From Octopus vulgaris (Eukaryota), in the NCBI GenBank assembly GCA_951406725.2, contig OX597839.1, positions 10,044,001-10,108,000 of the forward strand: a stretch of DNA of 64,000 bases. Direction: 5' to 3'. The first letter of the stretch is position 1. Each line of letters begins with the position of its first letter. A program made the translations under genes and the position numbers. Of this stretch, positions 21,920 to 31,500 are shown piece by piece. Under the pieces are notes generated by a model. The model was not told the origin of the DNA. It did no database searches and saw nothing but the letters and a program-made list of their open reading frames with translations.

Positions 21920-23991
21920 ATGTGTTTGTGTATCTGTGTTTGTCCCTCTAGCATTGCTTGACAACCGATGCTGGTGTGTTTACGTCCCCGTCACCTAGCG
22001 GTTCGGCAAAAGAGACCGATAGAATAAGTACTGGGCTTACAAAGAATAAGTCCCGGGGTCGATTTGCTCGACTAAAGGCGGTGCTCCAGCATGGCCTCAG
22101 TCAAATGCCTGAAACAAATAAAAGAGTAAAGTGCGTTCAGTAAAATAAAGCTGTAATCATGTTCTATGGACAGGTATGTGTCTCTTGAGGCCTGCAGGTG
22201 CCTAGCAAACCTTTCGGCAAATGGAACAAGTTGAGGACCCAGTTTGCTCGAATGCTTGTGGATTATTTACATGTTCTCTTTTGTGGACAGCAAGGCCTGT
22301 TTTGCTCCATGCCACAAAACCACAACGACAAGCAACTCCAACATAAAACCAAGTAATCAAATTCATAACATTGAGGTGTCGACAAAATACCTGGCACCAA
22401 TTCTGACTTCGCCTCAGTTCCAAGATTTGAGCAGAGTCGACTCCATCATCAGAACCAACTTCATGCAAGCATGCATACATCACCACCATCATCATCATTT
22501 AACATTCGCTTTCCATGCTAGCATGGGTTGGACCATTTGACTAAGGACTTTATTTTATTTCAATGTGTTAGTCCACTTTCAGTCACAAGGGGTTGGTCAG
22601 AATCCTTCAGTACCAACGACCATCTATAACCATTATTTCTGCTTGAGTAGAATTACAGGTAAATTGAATGGTATTGGCTTAAGATTCATCAGTTAGACAT
22701 TTCATTTTCTCACCTTCAGGCTTAGTTGCAGCCATAGCTTTAATATATTTTAGTCAGTATGTTTCTGTATTATTATACTAACAATTTTGCTGCTCCTCTA
22801 CTTTCAGTATTGATAAAAAGAAGAAAAAAAAAACAACATAAATAATAGGAAAGCATGTGATTTGAACTTTGAAATCTATGTTAGTTTAATTGTGATCTAT
22901 TTTAGCTTCAACAGATAGAATTGACCTAATTAGGGTAGATAATGGTTAACACTCTCAAGGACATTACATGTTTAATTGTTTGCTTGCTGCAGTCAACTGT
23001 CACTTGAAATTATTGTTGTTATTATTATTATTACTACTGAAGTCAACTTTGCTTTTCATCCTCTCAAGGTTGATAAAATAAATATTATTTGAGCACCATG
23101 GTTGATGTATTCGAGTTGCCCCCCATCTCCACAAAATTTCAGGCCTTGTGCCCTTAGTAGAAAGGATTATTATTATACTACACTCATGGAGTGGTTAGTG
23201 TTAGGAAGGGCATCCAGCCGTAGAAACACTGCCAGATCAGACTGGGCCTGATGCAGCCTTCTGGCTTCCCAGACCCCAGTTGAACCGTCCAACCCATGCT
23301 AGCATGGAAAGCGGACGCTAAATGATGATGATGATATTAAAATAAGCTGTGAGTTTTCATATTATAATAATAATAATAATATGAAAACTCACAGCTTATT
23401 TTGCTGGGTATGATGGAAATTGTTAGCTGTCCACAGTCAGCAGACTAAGGTGACACTTGTTTACTGGTCATGCCTCAAGAACCCTGCAAAGAATTCTTGC
23501 AGTTTCAAACAATGATGATTTTTGTAGGTGTTCTACCTTCACACTTGCACCAATCTTTTTCAGTAGGTTCTGTTGAATCTTGTGGTGTGTGACTAAATGA
23601 AGCACTTAGTGTTGAAACGATGTTTTCTCTCTTTCTTTTTCCTTGTCTTTCTCTTTTTTCTTCTAATTTTATTATTACTTTTTTTTTGCTTTCTTCACTC
23701 ATGTTTGTTTTCTTCAGTTTTGGATTTGTATCATAATGTGGTTTTGTATTATATATATGCATCATATACATACATGTTATATATGTAATCATCAAATTTA
23801 ACCATAACACCTGATTCTTATTATTTCTCTAGGTATACCTCCACAGTTACAGCTTCCTCATTTTCACTGGCTTGCTGCTGCTCTTCATAGTTTACACCTT
23901 TCTCAAAGTACCAGAAACAAAAGGACGCAAAATCGAAGACATAGTAGCCGACTTCCAATCAGAAGACACACAGGAGCGTGTGTTGATATAA
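1500..23991 (+). CDS. SLC2A1: Class I facilitated glucose transporter (GLUT1-like, MFS sugar porter). Exons: 1500-1598, 5412-5572, 9399-9523, 11516-11686, 13771-13872, 14853-14941, 17669-17767, 18340-18552, 19332-19407, 21048-21175, 23833-23991. 5' end incomplete.
   Basis: All introns are GT-AG with matching phases; 1422 nt = 473 aa + TAA. Sugar-porter motifs in order: QYGYHIG, FYNDT sequon, [62 protein letters not shown]. The symbol means SLC2A1-like; exact orthology is not established. Confidence 0.93.
1697..2250 (+). mobile_element. Two successive 3' ends of a non-LTR element (possibly L1/Tx1) within TCTA/TCTG microsatellite
   Basis: Both end in ...aagctctac(t/c)ttgtaa...ccctgtgtggctaataaagaaacatatct (about 2002 and 2250). 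Confidence 0.55.
2644..2864. mobile_element. piggyBac-type MITE
   Basis: TIR CCCTTTCGTTAC...GTAACGAAAGGG flanked by TTAA on both sides; partial relative at about 34120-34220. Confidence 0.85.
3097..3680 (-). mobile_element. Internally deleted, non-autonomous RTE-clade element (5'UTR fused to 3' end)
   Basis: C-terminal RTE-type peptide [20 protein letters not shown], (GTACAA)n tail and an RTE-type 5'UTR motif; related copy at 51022-51275. Confidence 0.7.
3940..4066 (+). mobile_element. 3' half of SINE family B (tail variant ending GAAGGAACAAACAA)
   Basis: Matches the 3' parts of the copies at 16830 and 18760. Confidence 0.8.
4381..4718 (+). mobile_element. tRNA-derived SINE (distinct family)
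   Basis: A-box TGGCTCAGTGG, B-box-like GCTCGAATCCC, body ttgagcaagacacttta...cagctgtagaaatgag. Confidence 0.8.
4901..5225 (-). mobile_element. mariner transposase 3' remnant with terminal sequence
   Basis: [16 protein letters not shown] (YSPDLAP motif). Confidence 0.85.
5412..5572 (+). CDS. SLC2A1: GLUT exon (loop 1, TM2): [16 protein letters not shown]...[28 protein letters not shown]
   Basis: Acceptor cccag, donor gtatgt, 161 nt, phase 0 to 2. Confidence 0.93.
5665..6350 (+). mobile_element. R4/Dong-like non-LTR fragments in (TAA)n
   Basis: [14 protein letters not shown]..., [24 protein letters not shown], and C-terminal [20 protein letters not shown]; the 3' piece is bounded by TAA repeats. 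Confidence 0.7.
6546..6990 (-). mobile_element. L1/Tx1-like reverse transcriptase fragment (degenerate)
   Basis: [22 protein letters not shown]...SIHNNL...[10 protein letters not shown]. Confidence 0.8.
7685..8057 (-). mobile_element. CR1-clade LINE 3' end
   Basis: [12 protein letters not shown]...[13 protein letters not shown]...FK, with a (TAACT)n-type tail. Confidence 0.8.
8295..8700 (+). mobile_element. SINE family A, full copy with internal TA/TG microsatellite
   Basis: Head GGAGTGGCTGTGTGGTAAG...GGTTCAGTCC, tail ...TGACTGAAACAAGTAAAAGAG; many near-identical copies in the window. Confidence 0.9.
9399..9523 (+). CDS. SLC2A1: GLUT exon (TM3-4): [41 protein letters not shown]
   Basis: Acceptor ttttccag, donor gtaagt; absent from the ORF track and translated by hand. 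Confidence 0.92.
9720..10107 (+). mobile_element. SINE family A copy
   Basis: Near-identical to 8295-8700. Confidence 0.9.
10110..10605 (+). mobile_element. RTE LINE 3' fragment with about 22-bp tandem 3'UTR repeats and a (GAT)n tail
   Basis: RLCWFGHV...[16 protein letters not shown]; GTGCCnnGTAAAAGYACC units. Confidence 0.75.
10994..11410. mobile_element. Merlin-like MITE nested in a piggyBac-type MITE
   Basis: 30-bp TIR GGATCTTTTC(G/A)GTTTGAACGGCAGTTTTTT; 8-bp TSD GGGCCAGA at 10986-10993 and 11411-11418. Confidence 0.8.
11516..11686 (+). CDS. SLC2A1: GLUT exon (TM4-5): [56 protein letters not shown]
   Basis: Acceptor tacag, donor gtatgt, 171 nt, phase 1-1. Confidence 0.93.
12310..12590 (-). 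mobile_element. RTE-type 3' tail with (GAT)n end
   Basis: Same family as 7178-7342, 15506-15750, 23185-23336, 25814-26148, 50123-50270, 52270-52925, 59085-59450, 61728-62330 and 62630-62820. Confidence 0.8.
13040..13620 (-). mobile_element. RTE-type 3' tails with a tandem 22-bp array, inverted relative to 10382-10570
   Basis: 13297-13509 is the reverse complement of 10383-10570. Confidence 0.8.
13771..13872 (+). CDS. SLC2A1: GLUT exon (TM6, PESP): [33 protein letters not shown]
   Basis: Acceptor ttctag, donor gtactg, PESP motif. Confidence 0.92.
14362..14751 (-). mobile_element. SINE family A copy inserted in a piggyBac-type MITE
   Basis: Reverse complement of 8295-8700; the host MITE begins about 14152 and resumes about 14752. 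Confidence 0.88.
14853..14941 (+). CDS. SLC2A1: GLUT exon (central cytoplasmic loop): [29 protein letters not shown]
   Basis: Acceptor tttcag, donor gtaaac; aligns with GLUT1 LKKLRGTADVTHDLQEM. Confidence 0.9.
15235..15420 (+). mobile_element. Penelope-like element, N-terminal RT-region fragment
   Basis: [24 protein letters not shown]...[12 protein letters not shown] resembles the PLE motif VVNLS..L...E.SVLSKGL.F. Confidence 0.55.
16830..17106 (+). mobile_element. SINE family B (tRNA head), tail variant 2
   Basis: GTGGAGGCACATGGCCT...GGTTCGAATC head; body shared with 18760 and 35638. Confidence 0.85.
17669..17767 (+). CDS. SLC2A1: GLUT exon (TM7): [33 protein letters not shown]
   Basis: Acceptor ctacag, donor gtgagt, QQLSGINA signature. 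Confidence 0.94.
18340..18552 (+). CDS. SLC2A1: GLUT exon (TM8-9): [71 protein letters not shown]
   Basis: Acceptor ttacag, donor gtaaga, DRLGRK motif. Confidence 0.94.
18760..19068 (+). mobile_element. SINE family B, tail variant 2, full copy
   Basis: A-box TGGCCTAGTGG, B-box GGTTCGAATC, tail GGCTCGAGAAGGAACAAACAACAA. Confidence 0.88.
19332..19407 (+). CDS. SLC2A1: GLUT exon (TM10): [25 protein letters not shown]
   Basis: Acceptor ccttag, donor gtaaga; aligns with GLUT1 [21 protein letters not shown]. Confidence 0.92.
19972..20190 (-). mobile_element. SINE family C (core resembles the MetaSINE domain)
   Basis: Core gtcgactttgcctttcatcctttcggggtc...aagtaccag; many copies in the window. Confidence 0.8.
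20529..20838 (+). mobile_element. SINE family B, tail variant 3
   Basis: Head almost identical to 35638; different 3' end. Confidence 0.85.
21048..21175 (+). CDS. SLC2A1: GLUT exon (TM10-11): [42 protein letters not shown]
   Basis: Acceptor ttacag, donor gtaagt. Confidence 0.94.
21410..21712 (+). mobile_element. CR1-clade LINE 3' end
   Basis: [31 protein letters not shown]...*, 3'UTR and (ATT)n tail. Confidence 0.8.
21727..22131 (+). mobile_element. SINE family A copy
   Basis: Near-identical to 8295-8700. Confidence 0.9.
23833..23991 (+). CDS. SLC2A1: GLUT terminal coding exon (TM12, C-tail): [52 protein letters not shown]
   Basis: Acceptor ctctag, PETKG motif, TAA at 23989-23991. Confidence 0.93.
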   Translation, partial: VYLHSYSFLIFTGLLLLFIVYTFLKVPETKGRKIEDIVADFQSEDTQERVLI

Positions 23992-24834
23992 ATCCAGATC
24001 ACACTCAAACACACACACCAATCCACATACACACGCACTCTCTCTACCGGCCCTTGAACAGAAGACACCCAGGAACGTGTGTTAATGATAATAATATGCA
24101 CATGCTCTGCTACACCTTCAACAGAGGATCTCAATTAGTGTCTGCTAACATACACCCTTGCCATGAACAGTGTTATATATATTTTTGAATTTTCTTTGCC
24201 AATGGAACAACAAAAAAAAAAACAACACAACAGCTAGTACAAACACACAACACATATATAACTAAAATGATATAAATATGAACACAACACAACACACACA
24301 CACATATATACAATATACACAGAGTTTTTCATCCTGTCAAAGAAATCAATTTAAAATTTAAAACTGTACACATTTTCATTTATATATTTTTTGGTGTGTG
24401 AAAGTATATATTTGCATGTTTGTGAAGTCTGCTAGAACATACCTCAACAATTTAGCTGTAACGAGATTCAGAACATGGGAATAATTGAGGGTTCTTTTAA
24501 ACAACAGTTCTTTACCAATAACTCTGTGATCGGGATTTTGAGAGAAAAGATTCTTCAGACAAGAATGCCATGAGGTGGAAGCTATGATGAGAAAAAAAAA
24601 AAAAAATTAATACTGAAATTTCTGTGATGAGGAAGGATGCTGTGACACTGATTCTGCGACGACAATTACATCAGCCAATGTCCGTAGCCTGATAGTAACA
24701 CCGTCTGTAGGTGCTCAAGTGATAAAGTGGGGTTTATATATCCTTGTCTGTGTGAGTGTGTATGTGTGTGCATATGTATCTGTGTGTGTATGTGTGTATA
24801 TATAAAGAGAGAGGGAGAGAGAATAACGCAGATA

Positions 24835-24840
24835 AATAAA
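24835..24840 (+). promoter_or_regulatory. Candidate polyadenylation signal of the GLUT gene
   Basis: AATAAA about 850 nt after the stop, at the end of a TE-free UTR-like stretch. Confidence 0.45.
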
Positions 24841-25022
24841 ACTGCTTGTTTATTTGCATAATTATCTCCAATATCTGCTCACCTGGATTCCTCTTATAGC
24901 CACTCTTTACCCTGTGGAATTAGCCCTTGATAAAGATTTTGGAGGGTGAGTTCAAATTATCTGAGTGCTACTAAGTGTTTTCTCTATTGAGCATCTTTGG
25001 GTCTTATCTATTGAGTTTCTTT

Positions 25023-25432
25023 CTGTGTGTGTGTGTGTGCATATATATATATATATGTGTGTGTATGTATATATTTATATATAATAATTTGTATATGTAT
25101 ATTTATATATATGTATGTATGTTTATATATATACATATGTATATTTATATATATATTATATATATATATGTATATTTATATATATATACATATATATATG
25201 TTCATATTTATATATTTAAATATATATGTTTATATATGTCTATACATTTAGTTGTGTATATATATACATACATACATATATATATATATATATGCATGTG
25301 GATATTTGTGTGTATGTGTGTGTCTGTGTGTGTATATGAAATGCATGCACAAGTGTATTTATATCTAGGTGCATGTATGTATATATATTTCTAAATGTAT
25401 GTGTTTGAGTTACATGAGTGTGTATGTGTGTG
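25023..25432. repeat. Compound (TA)/(TG) microsatellite
   Basis: About 400 bp of degenerate TA/TG repeats. Confidence 0.95.
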
Positions 25433-25574
25433 CTAGATAAGCGGTGTGCCAACAAAACACTATTATATAGAAAGTAACAATGCTTCCATAAAATACATAT
25501 CTTTGTTCTCTTTCAGTTGTTGTTGTTTCATTACTCCTCCTGCTTTTCCCCTATCTCTCCTCTCCCATTGTTTG

Positions 25575-26745
25575 TTGGCCCAGTAGCCACTCTAGAGCAG
25601 CCAACATTTAATTGTTCATGTGAGAAGCATAACTCGTCCAATTGAAGTCCTATTACAGACAGTGTTTGACCCTGAGATTTATTGATACACATTGCAAAGT
25701 TGATGCAAATAGGAAATTGCACTCTTCTGAATGAAAAAGGGATTTCTGCTACCAATGGAACGAGAGGAATTCTGGGTATGAAAACATCCTCTTATTTTCC
25801 ACATCCAGAGACTGACTTCCGTGCCGGTGGCACGTAAAAAGCACCATCCGAATCGTGGCCGATGCCAGCGCTGCCTTGGCTGGCTTCCGTGCCGGTGGCA
25901 CGTAAAATGCACCAATCCGATCGTGGCCATTGCCAGCCTCACGTGGCACCTGTGCAGGTGACATGTAAAAAGCACCCACTATACTCACGGAGTGGTTGGC
26001 ATTAGGAAGGGCATCCAGCTGTAGAAACACTGCCAGCTCAGACTGGAGCCTGGTGCAGCCTTCTGGCTTCCCAGATCCCCGGTCGAACCATCCAACCCAT
26101 GCTAGCATGGAGAACGGACGTTAAACGATGATGATGATGATGATGATGAGAGAGGATGGTGGCTTCAATAACATGTGGCATCATTTTCTTTACCACCAGG
26201 CATGTCCCATTGCAAAATGTTGGCGGATCCAGTTCCTCAATAACATTACTGGAGTTCTCACTTTAAGTTCCTCTCTGTGGGGAGGTAGTCCTGGAGGCTC
26301 CAATAAATTGAGAAATTCTGTTGGATAATTTACCACCTCTTCTGGATCTGGGATTGTATCAATTGTCTGATAGATGTGAGGACTTCGAGGAAGGTACTGA
26401 AGCAGCTGCTCATTAATTTTACTTACAGTACTGTTTTTTGGAGCCAGTATGTTCATCCACATGGCAAGCTGGCAGAAACGTTAGCACGCTGGGCGAAATG
26501 CTTAGCGGTATTTCGTCTGCCATTACGTTGTGAGTTCAAATTCCGCCGAGGTCAACTTTGCCTTTCATCCTTTCGGGGTTGATAAATTTAAGTACCAGTT
26601 ACGCACTGGGGTAGATGTAATCGACTTAATACCTATGCCTGTCCTTGTTTGTCCCCTCTATGTTTAGCCCCTTGTGGGCAATAAAGAAATAAGTATGTTC
26701 ATTCACACAGCCAATTGAGATTGTGATAATTTTTCAACCAATGGA
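25575..26745 (-). mobile_element. Helitron Pif1-type helicase remnant interrupted by an RTE tail and a SINE
   Basis: NYHNLNWLC|ILAPKN...VNYPTEFLN.LEPPGLPPH..LKV..PVMLLRN...VIEATIL|...FIPRIPL...FRRVQFP..AMCINKSQGQTL...FSHEQL.VGCSRV. Confidence 0.9.
26462..26691 (+). mobile_element. SINE family C, full copy with 16-bp TSD
   Basis: TSD agtatgttcat(c/t)caca at 26446-26461 and 26692-26707. Confidence 0.9.
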
Positions 26746-27509
26746 GGATCTCCTCTTTGGATACATTATGTCAAGAAATATGATGAAATAAAACAAGACA
26801 ACAAATGTGCATTGATTATGAACTGAAATGACACTGGTATGTTGATAATTGTCAATAAAAACATTTTTGTCCATCAGGTGGCCCCGGCTGAGATAATGGT
26901 TGCTAACCCATGAAGAAGCACTAATCTAATCTTAGGTATTCTGTCGCATACTCTGACTACCTCGATTATCTTATCCACTCATTTCTCCACAAGAAGTATA
27001 CCCACACCCCAACCCCGTCAGTGTTTCCTGCTCAGAAAATCTTGTACCTGTGTTCTTTGCCTGTGAGGAACCTAGCGGAACCTCCTCTCCACCTTACTTC
27101 TTTGAGACGGCATATATCGACACATCTCTGTTCAAGCATCTCAACAATCTCACCAGACCTACCTTTCAGGTGAAATGCTCAGCAGTATTTCGTCTGCTGT
27201 TACGTTCTGAGTTCAAATTCCGCCGAGGTCGACTTTGCCTTTCATCCTTTCGGGGTCGATAAATAGAGTACCAGTTACGCACTGGGGTCGATGTAATTGA
27301 CTTAATCCCTTTGTCTGTCCTTGTTTGTCCCCTCTATGTTTAGCCCCTTGTGGGCAATAAAGAAATATATATACACTTATATATACATACATTTGTAGGT
27401 ATATATATACACATACTATATATATGTATATACCCACACATACATATATGTATATACACACACACATACATATATATACACACACACACATACATTTTTA
27501 TATATATAT

Positions 27510-28012
27510 ATCTAATGTAGGATAAAATTTTTTTCCAAAAAAAATTTTATCAATGGCCAGCATATTAAAAAATACCTTTAAAGGTTAAATTTATAAACAA
27601 TTCATAAATAAGGGCAAACGAAAAAAATTCTAATGCCAAAAAATTGGACATATTGTCCATTAACCATATAATTTTTTCACAATACGCACGCTACACAAAA
27701 AAAGGTCGACAGAAATTTCTAAAAAATTCCATTATTACCATATCGGACCGATTTCAGGGTTAGCTTATAACAGCCCTCCCTTCGTCAGTGATACATGTGG
27801 CAAAAGAAATGAGATACTTACTCATACCCATGGAAGAAGCAAACACTAAGTCATGAGCACAATTAAGTACCCCAAATACATCCAAAATAGAAATAATTTT
27901 TTCGAGTAGCGTGCGTATTGTGAAAAAATTATATGGTTAATGGACAATATGTCCAATTTTTTGGCATATTTGGCATTAGAAATTTTTTCGTTTGCCCTTA
28001 TTTATGAATTGT
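27510..28012. mobile_element. (TA)n-flanked foldback element (Penelope-like pseudo-LTR derivative) with about 95-bp inverted repeats
   Basis: 27597-27694 is the reverse complement of 27906-28011, apart from a 9-bp insertion; hammerhead motif in the spacer. Confidence 0.65.
27740..27794 (-). ncRNA. Minimal type I hammerhead ribozyme motif (slightly decayed)
   Basis: Minus strand reads GUAUCA-CUGACGA-AGGG...CCCU-GAAA-UCGG-UC/CGAUAU: intact core, 4-bp stem II base, stem I with one mismatch, near-palindromic stem III. Confidence 0.6.
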
Positions 28013-28303
28013 ATATATATATATGTATACATACACACAGACACAAACATACATACTAGATATACTCGCCTATGTTGTAGTCTGTATATGATCACACAAC
28101 TTACAAAAAATAGCAGCCAATCTTTACATTTACACTCTGTGATTGTGAAAGAATGAAGTACTCATTGGATAATGACATTCTAGATACAGTATGTGTGATT
28201 GAAAGCACAGGATGGTCATGTCTGGAACATCTTTGGCTATACACCTGCAAGAATAGCACTGACCAGTGACTGAATAACAACAACAACAACAACATCAATG
28301 GTT

Positions 28304-28579
28304 TTAGCTCTGCTTTGGAGAAACTTTGCTTGTTAGAAATTTATATCCGTTTTTAGTCATTTCAAGAAAATAATGGAGTATTTTGAGTAGACCCGTGTAT
28401 TGTTTTTCTCGTGCCCACATTCCAACACCCTTCTTGTCAGCCTGTGTTTCAAACTTGATAAGATTTTCAAGATATTTGGTCTGTTTTGGATTCAGAGAGA
28501 CGTTTATGTTCTCTTCAAGCTTGCTGGTCCCAGTAACTACCATTTTCTCATTGATGTTCACCTTTCTCCATAGGTAACC
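28304..28579 (-). CDS. C3orf33: C3orf33 exon 5: GYLWRKVNINEKMVVTG...LIKFETQADKKGVGMW...SPKQS*
   Basis: ttgtag acceptor; SNase-type C-terminal E..A..K..G.W motif; TAA stop. Confidence 0.9.
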   Translation of the reverse strand, partial: GYLWRKVNINEKMVVTGTSKLEENINVSLNPKQTKYLENLIKFETQADKKGVGMWAREKQYTGLLKILHYFLEMTKNGYKFLTSKVSPKQS

Positions 28580-31500
28580 CTACAAAATGATAAACATCAA
28601 GAATGTAAACAATGGTATGAACATCATGGAAGAACACACATTATAACAATGATAATAATGATGACAATGATAATGATTATACTTGATATGGGTACCACCA
28701 AATGTAGATAGAAAAAAACTGCTTTACAGACGGACCATGTACACTGCGCCTATTATTGGCTAGTTAACCTCATTTACCTAGCATCTCTTCAGAGGGACGC
28801 AAAGTTTTGTTTGGAGACAGAGGGGCACAAAGTTTTGTTTAGGGACAGAGGGATGCAAAGTTTTGTTTAGGGACAGAGGGACGCAAAGTTTTGTTTAGGG
28901 ACAGAGGGATGCAAAGTTTTGTTTGGGGACAGAGGGACAAAAAAAATGGTAATGAGGTTAAACAGGCCACAAACAAGCAAAGTTTTGTTTGGAGACATAG
29001 GGATGCAAAGTTTTGTTTGGGGACAGAGGGACGAAAATATGGAAATAAGAATGAGGAGAATTAAGCAAGTAAAGTTTTATTTGGGGACAGAAGGACGAAA
29101 ATATGGGAATAAGAATGTGAATTGGAATGAGGAGAAACAAGTAATTATCTTAACGAAATTACGAGATAAAACTAAAATTTAAATTATATTTGAGGGAACA
29201 TTTTCAATGTTTAGCTCATGAAAACAAGCTGTTAGTAAATAATACATTTAAAGTGTTGGTGGCGAATGAAGTATGAGGGATAGAAAGAAAAAACAATGCC
29301 AGAACAAATCATTCTTTTATGAGAAGAGGTTCTTGTCCTTCAGCTATCTTGTCACCATTTTGGGGGAAAATGATGCTGTTAGGGATCTACCACTTTTTTC
29401 ATGGCACAATGTAACCAGTTGAAAGAAAGAGTGAAAGCAAAAGAATTGACTCCAGTACTTGATAGGTAAATCCAAGAACAATGCCAGCAGCAGCTGACCA
29501 TTGAAAACCAAGTCTGGCAGCGCAGGCTACAGTGGTTTGACCATGTATGCAAGGTGAGCACCGCAAGACTACCACACCAACTTTTATGGCAGTAACAATC
29601 CATGCACTGGAGAACCCAGCACAGCAGACAAAGAAGACATGGGTGAAACAAATTGAGGAAGACCTGAAGTTGCTGCAATCGACTTCAAGCATGCTAAGGG
29701 CCAGCACCATGGATTGGAAAGCATGGAATAACATCATCACCAGAGTCTGTCATCCAGTGGCACCCACAGCAGTGTACTGGGAGAGAAGACAGCAAATATA
29801 TATATATTTGTGTGTGTCTATATGTATGTGTCCCGCCTCCGTCACTTGACAACCGGTGCTTGTGTGTTTACGTTCCCCTTAGTCGGCGAAAGAGACCAAT
29901 AGAATAAATACCAGGCTTAAAAAAGGGAAAAATAAGTAGTGGGGTGGGGTTGGTTCATTTGAGCAAAAATTCTTCAAGGCAGTATTCCAGCATGGCCACA
30001 GTCTAATGACTGAAACAAGTAGAAATAAAAAGAAAAACCATAATATATATGAAAACAAAACAAAATCAATATAAAAGTCAACACAGAAATGAGTCTCACC
30101 TTTGTGTACACAATGCAATCAATTGATAGACCTCCATTTGAAATTCTTACTGGCTGGAACCAAATGTGTTTGTCCAATACATTCTTCAATAACCAAAGTC
30201 TACTCTGTGGACTTATTGATAGAAATGCTAACCGAACGGGGAGGCATGGTTTGTCTGAAGAAATAATGAGAGAAAGAAAGATTTAGCTTTAATCTTTTAT
30301 TTGTTTCGGGCATGGCTGTGTGGTTAGGGAGCTTGCTTCCTAGCTACATGATTTCGGGTTCAGTCCCACTGCGTGGCACTTTGGGTAGGTGTCTTCCACT
30401 ATAGTCTCGAGCCGACCGGAGCTTTGTGATTGAATTCGATAGGTGGTAGTTACTGCTGTGTGTGTATATGTGCGTGTAGGTGCTTGTGCCTCTCCGAAAG
30501 AGAGAGAGGGAGTCATTAAACTGTCGCCATGCAGAGCACCACCTTGGAGAAATCTTGAGTCAAATGAATTGATCCCAGTACTTACTTTTTTCATTTTTAA
30601 GCCTGGCACTTATTCTATCTTTTGCTGAACTGCTAAGTCACAGGAATGTAAACACAGCAGCAATGGTTGTCAAGCAGTAGCCAGGGACCAAACACAAAGA
30701 CACATACACGCACATATATATTGCTGAACATTACCTTCTCTGGGTGTGCAAGGAGGGCATCTTTTAGTGTCTTGAGGAATGCATGTCTTAGCTGGCTGCT
30801 GGGTTGCAGTAACATTGATATGCTACTTGCCTGGGGGCTTGGTGCAATGCATCATTTTTGGTTGGAGTTTGAGATTGCAGCAAACCAGGGAGTGGTCTGT
30901 GTCAGTCACCACTCTGAAAAGACTGAGTCAGAAGCACATTCCTCAGGTATTTGTGTCTTGTAATGTTCTGATCAATTTGGTGCCAGAGCCCTGAGCGAGG
31001 GTGATGCCAGGAGACCCTGTGTTGAGCTTTAGCTTGGAAGTACTTAATAAGCAGCATGGCTAATAACAAGAGTTGCTTATTTGGATGACTGTTGACTCTT
31101 CAGAATTCATCTGTCCTTTGACAGGTCTTGTATTTAATTCTGCAGGGTGACTGATGTAGCCAGTTTGAAAGCGAAAGGGTTAAATCACCTGTCAAACAAG
31201 TGCGAGGGAGCATCAGTCTTTGATCAGTTGGCCAAGCTAGTGAGAGATGGCAACAGTCCTTAATCAACCTATCTTTGCATTTAATTATTCCATCATTGCA
31301 AGTGAGAGGTGTCAATAGTCACAGACATAGAAATATAACCAAAATTTAAAAGCATCCTTCTCTCATGTTAAAGCAAAATTTTGAGACAATGAGAGAGCCT
31401 CCACTTAACCTGATAGAAATAGCAATTAAATTTTCCTTAAATCACACCATACCATGATAAAGAATTGGACACACTGGAAAATGTAGTTCTTTAGAGAGTC

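Noticed and set aside
24975-25455. Tyr/Ile-rich ORFs (also 21019-21387 and 42706-42897)
   Set aside because: They are microsatellite translations.
25531-26462. Host PIF1 helicase gene
   Set aside because: Helitron-type motifs, stops, frameshifts and TE interruptions, with no exon structure.
28790-29100. 28-bp repeat as a CRISPR array
   Set aside because: Mostly head-to-tail minisatellite inside a eukaryotic intron.
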